The notes under the pieces were generated by a model. That model was not told the origin of the DNA. It worked only from the letters and a program-made list of their open reading frames with translations, and ran no database searches. The position numbers and the translations under genes are program-made. This document shows, one piece after another, positions 1 to 9,642 of a DNA stretch of 32,000 bases (the stretch's first letter is position 1; each line of letters begins with the position of its first letter). The stretch is taken from the NCBI GenBank assembly GCA_035390665.1, contig DAOOUC010000003.1:30001-62000 (forward strand), given 5' to 3'. This stretch comes from an archaeon (GTDB lineage: Archaea > Iainarchaeota > Iainarchaeia > Iainarchaeales > CSSED10-239).

Positions 1-118
1 GAATTTTGTCCAATTCATATGATATCCCTTTTTTTAATTTTTTTTTGTTGTCTTGCACATTTTATAGTTTTATAAACTTAAATATAATATTTAGGTTACA
101 AAAACATTATAAATTAAA

Positions 119-1339
119 TTATTTATCAGATTTTAATTTTTCTTGCTGTTCTTTAGCTTTTATCATCTTTTGTAGCCCTTTAGCATCAAGAGTTAATCTG
201 ACTTTTCCTGTTCCTGCTGAAATTGGCTGTCCAACAATTATGTTTTCTGTAATTCCAACAAGGCCTTCAACTTCTCCATTAAATGCTGCATTGATTATAT
301 GTTTTACTGTTTCTTCAAATGAAGCTCTAGCAAATGGACTTTTCTTTTTACCTGTAATTCCAGTTCTTACAACTCCTTGTATTATTCCTGAAGAAGTCAT
401 CATGTCTGCTAAGATATACAAGTGTCTTGTATTAATTGCAATACCGTTAGTATCAAATGTAAACTTTAATTCTTTAACAATTGCATCTCTTGCGGCTTCA
501 ACACCAAATGCCTTATATATTTCAAAAATATCATTTGTTATTGTTCTGTAAGTATCAACACCTTCTACTTTTAGAACTTCTTTTAAGTTTGATCCTTTTG
601 TTTGAATCATTTTTTCTCCGTTCTTTTCTATAACAACGGCTTTTTCAATTCCTTTAACTCCATATAATTGAATTTTATTCCATTTTAATATTGCTTTTCT
701 AATATCATAAAGTGGAGTTTTATTTCCAAAATGTAAATTTATTTGTTGCTTATTGTTTGTAAATCTTTTAGAATCATATACTGTTGTTTTGGCTTTAGCT
801 TTTGATTTTGTGTCTTCTTTTTTATCATTATCAATTTTTTCATAAATTGATTCCATTACTTCTTCTTGATCTAAACCATAAATACTTGCTTTTTCTGAAT
901 CAAATTTAAATGAAACTACTCTTTCGGTGTAATTTTCAATAAAAGTCCCTACATCTCCAATCTTAACATCGACTAAATTTTTACAAAAATTATCAACATC
1001 TTTGTCTTTTTTTATAATTTCTCTATTAAGATAAATCTTCATGGATGGATATCTTGCTTGTGAACGAGCATCAACAATTTCAATAACTCTTTGTATTCCT
1101 TGACCAACAGAAACTTCCAAAGAACCAGCATAGTGCTTTGTTCTAAGAGTTAACTGTGTTCCTGGTTCTCCTATTGATTGAGCTGCAATTAAACCAACTG
1201 CATCTCCAGGAACAACTAGGCCATCATTATACTTTTTTGTAACAATATCTAGAAGTTTCTTTTTCTTTTCAGTGCTTAATTTTTTTATACTTGCGTATTT
1301 TTCTATTTTTTCTACAATTGAAATTGGTAATGACTTCAT
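119..1339 (-). CDS. rpoA2: DNA-directed RNA polymerase subunit A'' (C-terminal part of the largest subunit)
   Basis: 406 aa ORF with conserved motifs: [25 protein letters not shown] near the N-terminus, C-terminal [45 protein letters not shown]. Directly downstream of rpoA1. Confidence 0.97.
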   Translation of the reverse strand: MKSLPISIVEKIEKYASIKKLSTEKKKKLLDIVTKKYNDGLVVPGDAVGLIAAQSIGEPGTQLTLRTKHYAGSLEVSVGQGIQRVIEIVDARSQARYPSMKIYLNREIIKKDKDVDNFCKNLVDVKIGDVGTFIENYTERVVSFKFDSEKASIYGLDQEEVMESIYEKIDNDKKEDTKSKAKAKTTVYDSKRFTNNKQQINLHFGNKTPLYDIRKAILKWNKIQLYGVKGIEKAVVIEKNGEKMIQTKGSNLKEVLKVEGVDTYRTITNDIFEIYKAFGVEAARDAIVKELKFTFDTNGIAINTRHLYILADMMTSSGIIQGVVRTGITGKKKSPFARASFEETVKHIINAAFNGEVEGLVGITENIIVGQPISAGTGKVRLTLDAKGLQKMIKAKEQQEKLKSDK

Positions 1340-1409
1340 TATATCACGTTTTTTTAAATTTCATTAAATTTTTTTAAATCTTTGCGCGCGAGCCCGAGCG
1401 AAACCGGCT

Positions 1410-4001
1410 CTACTCGTTGAAGAAATTTATGTTCTTTCCAAGATATGATTTATCTGGGGAAAGTCCATCTTCTCCATACATGAACTGAATTACTTGTCCA
1501 TCAGCTGTTGTTACTTTTAGTTCATCATTGACTACAAGGTCTTTTAAAGCATTTGATAATCTTCTATAAAGATAACCAGATACTTTTGTAGCAACACCTG
1601 TATCGATTTCACCTTGTCTACCACCCATACAGTGACAGAAATATTCTCTTGGATTCATTCCATCAAAGAAATTACTTTGTACAAATCCATAATCCATCAT
1701 TTGATTTGTTCCTTTAGGACTTAAACTTAATAATCTATCAGAAAATCCAGCTTTTGGTCTTCCTGTTCTAACAGTAACTTGTCCCCAAAGTCCAAGCATA
1801 TTAGAAACATTTAGAACTCTTCCACGAGAACCACCAACACTAGCAAGTAGTATAGAATTATTATTTGTTTTCTTGGTTTCAGAAAATAATTCATCTACTT
1901 TTATTTCTAAAATCTTATCTGTAATCTTGTCTTTCATTTCTGCAGAGATTTTTAAAAGCTCATTTTCAAATGTTTCTTCAAGATTCTTTCCTGGAGTTAA
2001 TGGAAGTGTTCTATCTTCATATTTCTTAACAATTGCATTTGAACTTGCAATCATTCCTTTAACTTTTGCTTTAATTTCTTTTCTTAATTCTTCTGAAGCA
2101 TTGTATTCATCTAATGCAACAGTTAATCCTTTTTTAGAAACTGCAAAGAATACTAATTTTGAAAGTTTATAATAGAAATCAATTAATGTTTCATAACCAT
2201 AGTGTCTATAGATTGTTTCAATTAATGCTCTTGGAGAACCAATTTTTTCATCTATTACTCCTGAGATTATTTTACCTTTTTCAATTTTTAAATAACAATC
2301 ATATTGACATTTTTCTTTCTTACATTTCTTACAGTCTTTTGCTTTTGAAACAATTGAACATAATTTATTCTTGTATTCTATATAGAAATCTTTTGGTAAT
2401 ATTTGACTAAATAATAATTTACCTGAATAGTTTCCTCTTCCTCTGTCAGCCGTTGGAAGTTCTGTGATTCCAATAGAATATAATATTTCCATTGCTTCTT
2501 TTCTATTAAATTCTGTTGATTCTCTTGTTAAAATATATGCTGCTGTAATAAGATCGTGATCTGGAGTAATAACTGGTCTTCCATTTCTAATACTTATAAC
2601 GTGTTTTTCTGCAGCTAAAAGTTCTTTAACTTCAGAATAAGATTCTTCACTTTGTGGTACATGAAGATTCATATCATCACCATCAAAGTCTGCATTGTAT
2701 GGATCACAAGTTATTGGATTTAATCTAAATGTTTTTCCAGGTAATATTTTTGCATAGTGTCCCATCATAGACAATCTATGAAGTGTTGGCTGTCTGTTAA
2801 ATATTACAACATCTCCGTCTTGTAATCTTCTTTTAATTGTCATTCCTTCTACTAATAATTCTGCTAATTCTTCTTTATTTTCAGGAGTTATTATTTTTCT
2901 TGATCCTTTTTCTGTCAAGATATAACTTATATCTCCTTTTAATAATTGTGCTTTTAATCTTTCCTTATTCCATAATGTAACTTTCTCTGGAACTGTCAAA
3001 GTGTTTGCTACTTGTTCAGGTATTCCAAGCTCATTAAATTTAATATCTATTGATGGTGTTATTGTTGAACGAGCAGAAGCATTTACTCTTTTTCCTATTA
3101 GATTATATCTAAATCTTCCTTTCTTTCCTTTCAATCTTTGAGCAATTGTTTTTAATGGTCTTCCTGATCTTTGTTTTGCTGGCGGAACTCCTGCTGTGTT
3201 ATTATCAATATATGTTGTAATATTGTATTGTAACAGATCCCAAAGGTCTTCAATAATTATTTGTGGAGCACCTGCATTTATGTTTTCTTGTAATCTAATA
3301 TTAATTCTTACAATATCTAGCAATTTGTAAGTTAAATCATCTTCAGAAGTAATTACATTTTCTAAAGACAAAGAAGGTCTTATTGATACAGGAGAAATTG
3401 GTAAAACAGAAAGAATAAACCATTGTGGTTTTAATTTATCTGAATATCCAAATAAAAATAAATCCTTTTCTGGAACTTTTACTAACCAATCTAATATTTC
3501 TGCAGGATATAATCTTTCTCCATTTTTAAAAAAGTTTGTTGGTTTATCTAAAGCAATTTTATTTACTGCAGCTTTACAGTGTGGACATTTCTTTGTACCC
3601 TTTACTCTATTTAATATTTCTTTTACACATTTCTCATTATCTTCTGAAATAAGCATTAATTCATTTATCTCTGTTTCATCTAATAATAATTTTCCACAAT
3701 CTTGACAAGTTGATGCTAAAACATAATATAATTTCTCACCAAACTTTGGATGAACTGTTGGTCTTACTAATTCTAAAGAACCAAAGTGTCCTGGGCATGC
3801 TTTCATTGTCTGTCCACAAGTTTTACATCTAAGGCCTGGAGAGATAACACCTAAGTGAGGATCCATTAATCCTCTTTCTATAGGATAACCATCTTTATCA
3901 TAAGTATCTGCTCTTGTAATTTCAACAGCAGACATCTTTCTGATCATTTCAGGACTTAAAACTCCAAATTCAATGCTTTTAATTTTCTTTGATGTGTTCA
4001 T
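1410..4001 (-). CDS. rpoA1: DNA-directed RNA polymerase subunit A'
   Basis: 863 aa; zinc-binding CKTCGQTMKACPGHFG, FNRQPTLHRLSMMGH, catalytic NADFDGDDMNLHVPQ, ASVGGSRGRVLNVSNMLGLWGQ. Confidence 0.98.
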   Translation of the reverse strand: MNTSKKIKSIEFGVLSPEMIRKMSAVEITRADTYDKDGYPIERGLMDPHLGVISPGLRCKTCGQTMKACPGHFGSLELVRPTVHPKFGEKLYYVLASTCQDCGKLLLDETEINELMLISEDNEKCVKEILNRVKGTKKCPHCKAAVNKIALDKPTNFFKNGERLYPAEILDWLVKVPEKDLFLFGYSDKLKPQWFILSVLPISPVSIRPSLSLENVITSEDDLTYKLLDIVRINIRLQENINAGAPQIIIEDLWDLLQYNITTYIDNNTAGVPPAKQRSGRPLKTIAQRLKGKKGRFRYNLIGKRVNASARSTITPSIDIKFNELGIPEQVANTLTVPEKVTLWNKERLKAQLLKGDISYILTEKGSRKIITPENKEELAELLVEGMTIKRRLQDGDVVIFNRQPTLHRLSMMGHYAKILPGKTFRLNPITCDPYNADFDGDDMNLHVPQSEESYSEVKELLAAEKHVISIRNGRPVITPDHDLITAAYILTRESTEFNRKEAMEILYSIGITELPTADRGRGNYSGKLLFSQILPKDFYIEYKNKLCSIVSKAKDCKKCKKEKCQYDCYLKIEKGKIISGVIDEKIGSPRALIETIYRHYGYETLIDFYYKLSKLVFFAVSKKGLTVALDEYNASEELRKEIKAKVKGMIASSNAIVKKYEDRTLPLTPGKNLEETFENELLKISAEMKDKITDKILEIKVDELFSETKKTNNNSILLASVGGSRGRVLNVSNMLGLWGQVTVRTGRPKAGFSDRLLSLSPKGTNQMMDYGFVQSNFFDGMNPREYFCHCMGGRQGEIDTGVATKVSGYLYRRLSNALKDLVVNDELKVTTADGQVIQFMYGEDGLSPDKSYLGKNINFFNE

Positions 4002-4049
4002 CTTATCAACCTTTTAAATATTGCGCGCGAGCCTCAAGCGTTGCCGGCT

Positions 4050-5876
4050 CTAGTCAATTTTATCTCCAAGTTTTAATTTTGGATATACTCCCATTGCTTT
4101 TAGTTCGTCAAGTAATAACTTGAAACCATAACTAATCTTTACTTGGTGTACATTTGTTCCATTACATACAGGACAAAACTTTTTGTTTCTTATCTTATCA
4201 TCAACTGCTGGAATTCCACAGTCTTCACAAACCATGATATTCATTTCATCAGCATCATCCATTAATTTTTCTTGCAGAGTCATTGCAGCACCGTGAGAGA
4301 CTAATGCTTCGCCTTCCATTTCACCGAATCTTAATCCTCCGCCTTTTTGCTTTCCTTCTGTTGGTTGTCTTGTTAATAATTGTACTGGTCCTTTGTCTCT
4401 TGCTTGTATTCTATTTACTACAAGGTGACTTAATAATCTTTCAAATGCAAGTGGTCCAACAAATATTGGCATCTCGATTTTCTCTCCTGTTCTTCCATCA
4501 TAGAAAATTTCTTTACCATCTTGTCTAAATCCATTTGCTTTTAATAATTCAAATACTGCATCTTTATCATTTAAGAAAGGAGTTCCATCTATTTCTTTTC
4601 CACTACTTGAAACAGCTTTACCTGCAATACTTTCAAACAAGTGACCAAGAGTCATTCTTGAAGGGATTGAGTGTGGATTTAAAATAAAGTCTGGTTTTAT
4701 TCCTTGACTTGTAAATGGCATATCTTCTTCTCTAATTACAGCACCAACAACTCCTTTTTGAGCATGATGACTTGTAAATTTATCTCCTACTTGTGGTTCA
4801 AGATATGTTCTTATTCTAACCTTACATAATTTTGTTCCAGAAATTGTTTCAGAAACCATTACTCTGTCAACATTTCCACTTAAGTGTTTTCTTGAACAAA
4901 CAGAGGTATCTCTTCTCTCTTCTGTAACAACTCCAAACTCAGAAACTTCTTCAACAAATCTTGGAGGAGATGTCATTCCGATTAATACTCCGCCTTCATC
5001 TACTGGAGACTCTAAATTTATAATTCCATTTTCATCTAAATGTTTATATGCATCTACCCCTCTATAACCGCTAGCTTCTTCAGTAGGCACCATAAACTTA
5101 TCTGTTTGCCCTGAAGGATATCTTACTTCATTAGCAGAATATGATCTATAATATGAAGATCTTGCAAATGCTCTTTGGATTGCTCCTTGATTAATAACAT
5201 ATGCATCAAGCATATTAAATCCTCTATAAGGCATAATTGCAACAATTGCATTTTGTATCATTGGTCTTTTTTCTGTATGCATTAATTTTTCTGTTCTTGT
5301 AGTTACTAATGGCTTTTGTGGATAATACAAACAATGCATTTCTGTATCAAATCTTAAATTATAATTTGCTGAAGGAATTCCTGCTGCTTGTTTATACAAT
5401 TTAGCACCGTGAATTGCTTTACCAGCCATGTTGTGTTCAATGAATGGTATCATTGAAGAAATAATACTAAAGATTCCTGTTCCAGAAATTTCAATATGTG
5501 TGTGATCTGGTGTTAATTCATCTTCAGTTAAAGCAACATAAGCATTTTCTTCTTCTTCAGCATCTAAAAATTCAACAATTCCTTTTGAAAGTAAATCTTG
5601 CCAAGAAATTTTTTTTGCTTTTATGTCTTCTAAGATTTCTGGAGTAACTCTTGATACACCTTTGTCTGCAACAATTAATGGTCTTTGTACACGTCCTGCA
5701 TCTGTGTTAATATATAATTCATTTGTAGTTTCATTATATGCAATATTAACTTGAGGATCAATTTGAAGAGCTCTTCTTTTTTTAATTAAATCTGCTCTTA
5801 ATTTTTCTGGATCATCATGGAATCCAATTATTCCACCGTTTAAATAAATTTTTGCTTTACCTGTTGCTTTTGCCAT
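4050..5876 (-). CDS. rpoB1: DNA-directed RNA polymerase subunit B' (C-terminal half of the split second-largest subunit)
   Basis: 608 aa; GYNMLDAYVINQ-like segment (GFNMLDAYVINQGAIQRAFARSSYYRSY), KFTSHHAQKGVVG, DFILNPHSIPSRMTLGHL, C-terminal Cys motif CEDCGIPAVDDKIRNKKFCPVCNG. Confidence 0.97.
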   Translation of the reverse strand: MAKATGKAKIYLNGGIIGFHDDPEKLRADLIKKRRALQIDPQVNIAYNETTNELYINTDAGRVQRPLIVADKGVSRVTPEILEDIKAKKISWQDLLSKGIVEFLDAEEEENAYVALTEDELTPDHTHIEISGTGIFSIISSMIPFIEHNMAGKAIHGAKLYKQAAGIPSANYNLRFDTEMHCLYYPQKPLVTTRTEKLMHTEKRPMIQNAIVAIMPYRGFNMLDAYVINQGAIQRAFARSSYYRSYSANEVRYPSGQTDKFMVPTEEASGYRGVDAYKHLDENGIINLESPVDEGGVLIGMTSPPRFVEEVSEFGVVTEERRDTSVCSRKHLSGNVDRVMVSETISGTKLCKVRIRTYLEPQVGDKFTSHHAQKGVVGAVIREEDMPFTSQGIKPDFILNPHSIPSRMTLGHLFESIAGKAVSSSGKEIDGTPFLNDKDAVFELLKANGFRQDGKEIFYDGRTGEKIEMPIFVGPLAFERLLSHLVVNRIQARDKGPVQLLTRQPTEGKQKGGGLRFGEMEGEALVSHGAAMTLQEKLMDDADEMNIMVCEDCGIPAVDDKIRNKKFCPVCNGTNVHQVKISYGFKLLLDELKAMGVYPKLKLGDKID

Positions 5877-5884
5877 ATTATCAC

Positions 5885-7351
5885 TTATTCTTTAGTTACA
5901 TTTTCAGATTTTAAAATAGTTTTCAGATTTTCAGGATCTGTGTCTGTTGTAATCTTAGCCATCATAGCTAAGTTTTTTACAAGTCCACAGTTAGGACCAT
6001 CTGGAGTTTCAATAGGACAAAGTCTTCCCCAGTGTGTTCCGTGAACATCTCTTGCTTCATATAATTCTCTTGAAGAATCTAAAGTTGATTTTACTTTTCT
6101 TAAATCTGTTATTGGTGTAATAAAATTATCTCTTGACATGTATTTACTTACACCTGTTAATTGTCCAATCCAGTTGCCTGTACTAACTGCAAATAATATT
6201 CTTTCAGTAATTGCATCAGGTCTAATAACTGTATTGATATTTAATTTTCTATGTCTAGAAATTGTTCTATCAATCTGGAATTTTAAATCTTTTGTAAAGT
6301 GTTTAAAAGAAAATCTAAATAAGTTTTCCATTAATTTTCCAGATAATTCTAATCTCTTATTTGCATAATGGTCTTTGTCTGCTTGTGTTCTTAAGTTATA
6401 TGCTTTCTCTATTATCTTAACAGCCATTGCAACCATGAAGTGAGCTTTCATTGTTCTTGCATCTGCTTCTTGACCTAAGTGAGGAAGTAAGAAAGAATCA
6501 ATAACTTCTTTTGCTCTTCTAAGTCTATAGTTCTTTGTTTGACTTGGAGCAACAGATCTTCCTATCTTATCAAGTGCTTCTTCTTCTGATTGTAATTCTA
6601 TTTTATCTAAATTTAATAAAACTTCATTTTGAGAAATTTGATCCTTTGGAAATAATTCTAAAATGTGGCTTGGTTTTAAAAAACCTAATGCATTTAATAA
6701 TTCAATTAAGTATAATTTTCTTGGTGAGGATGGAAATGTTACAGTAAATAATCCATCTGCTGTTCTTGATATTCTTACTTTTCCTTTAAATGCTCCTTTA
6801 ACAGAAATTACTTGTGCATTAATTACTTCTTCTGTTTCATTAAGAAGAATTCTATCAAATGCTAAAACTTCTTGAGTGATTAATGCTTTTTCAGAACCAT
6901 TAACAATAAGATATCCACCTCTATCCATTGGATCTTCTCCATTTTCAATAAGTTCATCAGCAGTCATTCCATAAAGATTACATCTATTTGATTTTACTAA
7001 AATTGGCATTTCTCCAACATATGCTCTTTTTTCATCTTGAAGAACTCCTTTTCTATAAAGCTTAATATCAAGATAAATTGAACCAGAATAAGTAAGATTT
7101 CTAAGTCTTGCTTCCATTGGCATTAATCTAAATTTTGCTGTTCTGTCTGCTTCTACAATTTGTGGATTTGTTATTTCTACATTTGATAATGTTACATCAA
7201 CATTATTACTTGAACTAATAAATCCATTCTCTTCAACAATTTCAGGAACTTTTTCATCAATAAATTGATTAAAAGAATTTATTTGTTGTTGAACAGGACT
7301 GTACATATCATAATAAGATTCAACTACTGACCACTTGTCTAGATTTTTCAT
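5885..7351 (-). CDS. rpoB2: DNA-directed RNA polymerase subunit B'' (N-terminal half of the split second-largest subunit)
   Basis: 488 aa; GYLIVNGSEKALITQE, LTGVNKYMSRDNF-like segment (LTGVSKYMSRDNF), THWGRLCPIETPDGPNCGLVKNLAMMA at the C-terminus, the usual archaeal split site. Confidence 0.96.
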   Translation of the reverse strand: MKNLDKWSVVESYYDMYSPVQQQINSFNQFIDEKVPEIVEENGFISSSNNVDVTLSNVEITNPQIVEADRTAKFRLMPMEARLRNLTYSGSIYLDIKLYRKGVLQDEKRAYVGEMPILVKSNRCNLYGMTADELIENGEDPMDRGGYLIVNGSEKALITQEVLAFDRILLNETEEVINAQVISVKGAFKGKVRISRTADGLFTVTFPSSPRKLYLIELLNALGFLKPSHILELFPKDQISQNEVLLNLDKIELQSEEEALDKIGRSVAPSQTKNYRLRRAKEVIDSFLLPHLGQEADARTMKAHFMVAMAVKIIEKAYNLRTQADKDHYANKRLELSGKLMENLFRFSFKHFTKDLKFQIDRTISRHRKLNINTVIRPDAITERILFAVSTGNWIGQLTGVSKYMSRDNFITPITDLRKVKSTLDSSRELYEARDVHGTHWGRLCPIETPDGPNCGLVKNLAMMAKITTDTDPENLKTILKSENVTKE

Positions 7352-7410
7352 AATTTTTCACATTTTTCTAATTATAATTATAGCATTGATTTATTTTTTT
7401 TAAGAAAAAA

Positions 7411-7842
7411 TTATATAGAAACAACCTTTCTATAATAAACAACATCTCCAATGGTTCTATTTTTTCTTGTAATCTTTATTACGTCTCCAACTTTAACTTC
7501 TAAATGAGCAATGCCAGGATCTGCAATAAAAATTAATGGTAGTTTCTCAGGATTTAGATTTTGTTCAGAAATAAGTTTATCTAATTCTTCTGAAGGAACA
7601 ATTTCATGCTTAGGAATATAAGAATGTTTTATTTCTTCCTTTACTTTTCTTGCTCTCTTCTTTACTTTTCTTTTTTTTCCTTTCCCTAAATCTTCTTCAT
7701 CATCATCTTCTTCAGCATAATCGAATTCTGCTTTTATTCCTGTTTCTTCAGTTTCTTCTGTTTCTTCAGGTAGTTTAATGTCAACGTCATCAATTGTAGA
7801 GTAATCATCTTCTAAACCGTAATCTGTTTTTATTCCTGGCAA
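7411..7842 (-). CDS. rpoH: DNA-directed RNA polymerase subunit H (Rpb5-like) with a ~70 aa charged N-terminal extension
   Basis: C-terminal ~75 aa match RpoH (HSYIPKHEIVPSEEL..., VKVGDVIKITRKNRTIGDVVYYRKVV). First gene of the rpo operon. TTG start preceded by AAAGGTGTTAG. Confidence 0.9.
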   Translation of the reverse strand: MPGIKTDYGLEDDYSTIDDVDIKLPEETEETEETGIKAEFDYAEEDDDEEDLGKGKKRKVKKRARKVKEEIKHSYIPKHEIVPSEELDKLISEQNLNPEKLPLIFIADPGIAHLEVKVGDVIKITRKNRTIGDVVYYRKVVSI

Positions 7843-8028
7843 ACTAACACCTTTTTTAATATTATGATTTTTCCTAAAATCTTAGTTTTTAACTATAATC
7901 TATGCTGATAGCAGGGTTTTAATTACACTTAAATTTGTAAAAATCGCTTAAATATAACTTAGAATTATAAAAAAACATAAATATAGCTAAACTAGATAGG
8001 AGCATAATATTATTTTTAGTTGCAAAAC

Positions 8029-8037
8029 ATTTATAAA
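8029..8037 (-). promoter_or_regulatory. Candidate TATA box for the rpoH-rpoB-rpoA operon
   Basis: TTTATAAAT on the minus strand, about 190 nt upstream of the rpoH start, in a 213-bp spacer. Confidence 0.4.
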
Positions 8038-8055
8038 CACATATGTTTTTACAAT

Positions 8056-9588
8056 TTATTTCTTTTTCTTTAAACTTCTTTCTTCTTTTTCGTTTAATTG
8101 TGTTAATTTCTCAAATAGTTGTTTTTCCTTATTTGCCAAGGTTTTTATGTTTTTTTCTATAACTTTCCCTTGCTTAATTAATTGCTTTTTTAATTCCTTT
8201 TCTTCTTGTTTTATGCCTTTTTCTAGTGTCTTTCCTTCTTCTCTTGTGAAATGAAGAAATTGATTTAGGCCAAAAATTATTGGTTTTTGTAATAAAATAT
8301 TTTTAGGCAAATTTATTCTATTTGGATTTTGATCTCTAATTTTTCCTACAAAACCAATTGTAAATAATCTAAAAACAATGGATATTCCAAAAATTAATAA
8401 TAGCCCATATTTTTCACTACCAAATAACCAGAATCTGGGATTAGAAGAAATTATTCCGCCAAGTAAAGTTCCAAGAAGCATGGCTCCTGATTGAAATATT
8501 AAAAAGAAAGACATGTGGTGTATTAAATCACTTTTAATATTTTGATAAAAATAACCAAAGATTCCAAGAGTAAGTCCTGCCATTAATGCCCCATCTAAAA
8601 CATTTAAGAAAAATAAAAGCCAAACATTACTTCCAAAAAGAATAACTAAAAAAGGATATATTGGCAGAAATAAAATTATTGCTTTTAATACTTTAGTAGA
8701 ACCATACTTATCACAAATTTTTCCCCAATAATAAAAGCTTAATACTAAACCTAATATAGATGCAATTTCTAAAAAAACATACTGCTTATAACTAAAATTT
8801 AAAATTTCTAAAAAATAATATCTATAGTATGGTGCTGCAACATACATACTAAAATAAATCAATGTAACAATTAACAAAAAATATACAAATTGCTTATTTT
8901 TCAAAACAACTTCTTTGAAAACTTTAAATACTGGTTTTGATCTTTCTTTTGATTCTTTGCATAAACAATCTTGATCTTCTGTTTGACTCATTTTTTTCAT
9001 TACCATGTAAGAACCAAACCTAAATATTCCTGCAATTATAAAAATAAAGGTAAAACCTATTGTTGGATTTTTATGTATTGAGTCTAGTACAAAGCCGGCT
9101 AAAAACAAAGGAAGTATAGAAAATAAATTAAGTATAATCTGCTTTCTTGAATTATATTCTACAATTTTTGATGTATTAAATATTTTTCCAATCCACTCTC
9201 TGTATACACCTACAGGAAACTGTTCAACTAATGTTATTAAACAATAAAATAATATTACTAACCAAATTACTAATTTATCATTAAATAAATAACCAACAAT
9301 TGCTAATGGTATCCAAAAAAATGCTTGAAGAATTGTAAAAAATAAAATAAAATGTTTTTCTGATTTAAAATATTTAAGAATACTATATGAAAACAAAACA
9401 GAAAAAGAAGCTAAAAATAATGGAAGAGTATTTAATAATCCAATCTGTAAGGTGTTTGCTTTAAGTGTAATAAGATAAGGCACTAAAAAGACTACACCTA
9501 TATAATACATTACAGCCCAAGTTACTCCTTCAAGAATATAATATTTTAAATCTCTTTGCTGTTGTTCAGGAGTTTGTTTAAATTGCAT
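8056..9588 (-). CDS. Major facilitator superfamily-like multi-pass transporter with a charged coiled-coil C-terminal tail
   Basis: 510 aa with about 12 hydrophobic segments in MFS-like layout; C-terminal ~65 aa rich in K/E (KTLEKGIKQEEKELKKQLIKQGKVIEKNIK...EERSLKKKK). Confidence 0.75.
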   Translation of the reverse strand: MQFKQTPEQQQRDLKYYILEGVTWAVMYYIGVVFLVPYLITLKANTLQIGLLNTLPLFLASFSVLFSYSILKYFKSEKHFILFFTILQAFFWIPLAIVGYLFNDKLVIWLVILFYCLITLVEQFPVGVYREWIGKIFNTSKIVEYNSRKQIILNLFSILPLFLAGFVLDSIHKNPTIGFTFIFIIAGIFRFGSYMVMKKMSQTEDQDCLCKESKERSKPVFKVFKEVVLKNKQFVYFLLIVTLIYFSMYVAAPYYRYYFLEILNFSYKQYVFLEIASILGLVLSFYYWGKICDKYGSTKVLKAIILFLPIYPFLVILFGSNVWLLFFLNVLDGALMAGLTLGIFGYFYQNIKSDLIHHMSFFLIFQSGAMLLGTLLGGIISSNPRFWLFGSEKYGLLLIFGISIVFRLFTIGFVGKIRDQNPNRINLPKNILLQKPIIFGLNQFLHFTREEGKTLEKGIKQEEKELKKQLIKQGKVIEKNIKTLANKEKQLFEKLTQLNEKEERSLKKKK

Positions 9589-9642
9589 TTTTTTCTCTCT
9601 TTTGTTTATTAGAAATAGAAAGAGAAATATGTTTTTAAAGCT

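Noticed and set aside
6-551. 181-aa + strand ORF
   Set aside because: Antisense to rpoA2 over most of its length; low-complexity composition typical of reverse-strand reading of AT-rich coding DNA. The same applies to the + strand ORFs at 1873, 2159, 4283, 6138, 6535, 6663, 9602, 10136, 12823, 22828, 26732 and 29763.
4050-7351. Split RpoB (B' and B'') considered as a frameshift or disrupted gene
   Set aside because: Both ORFs are complete with canonical ends at the known archaeal split site and an 8-bp gap; this is a natural split.
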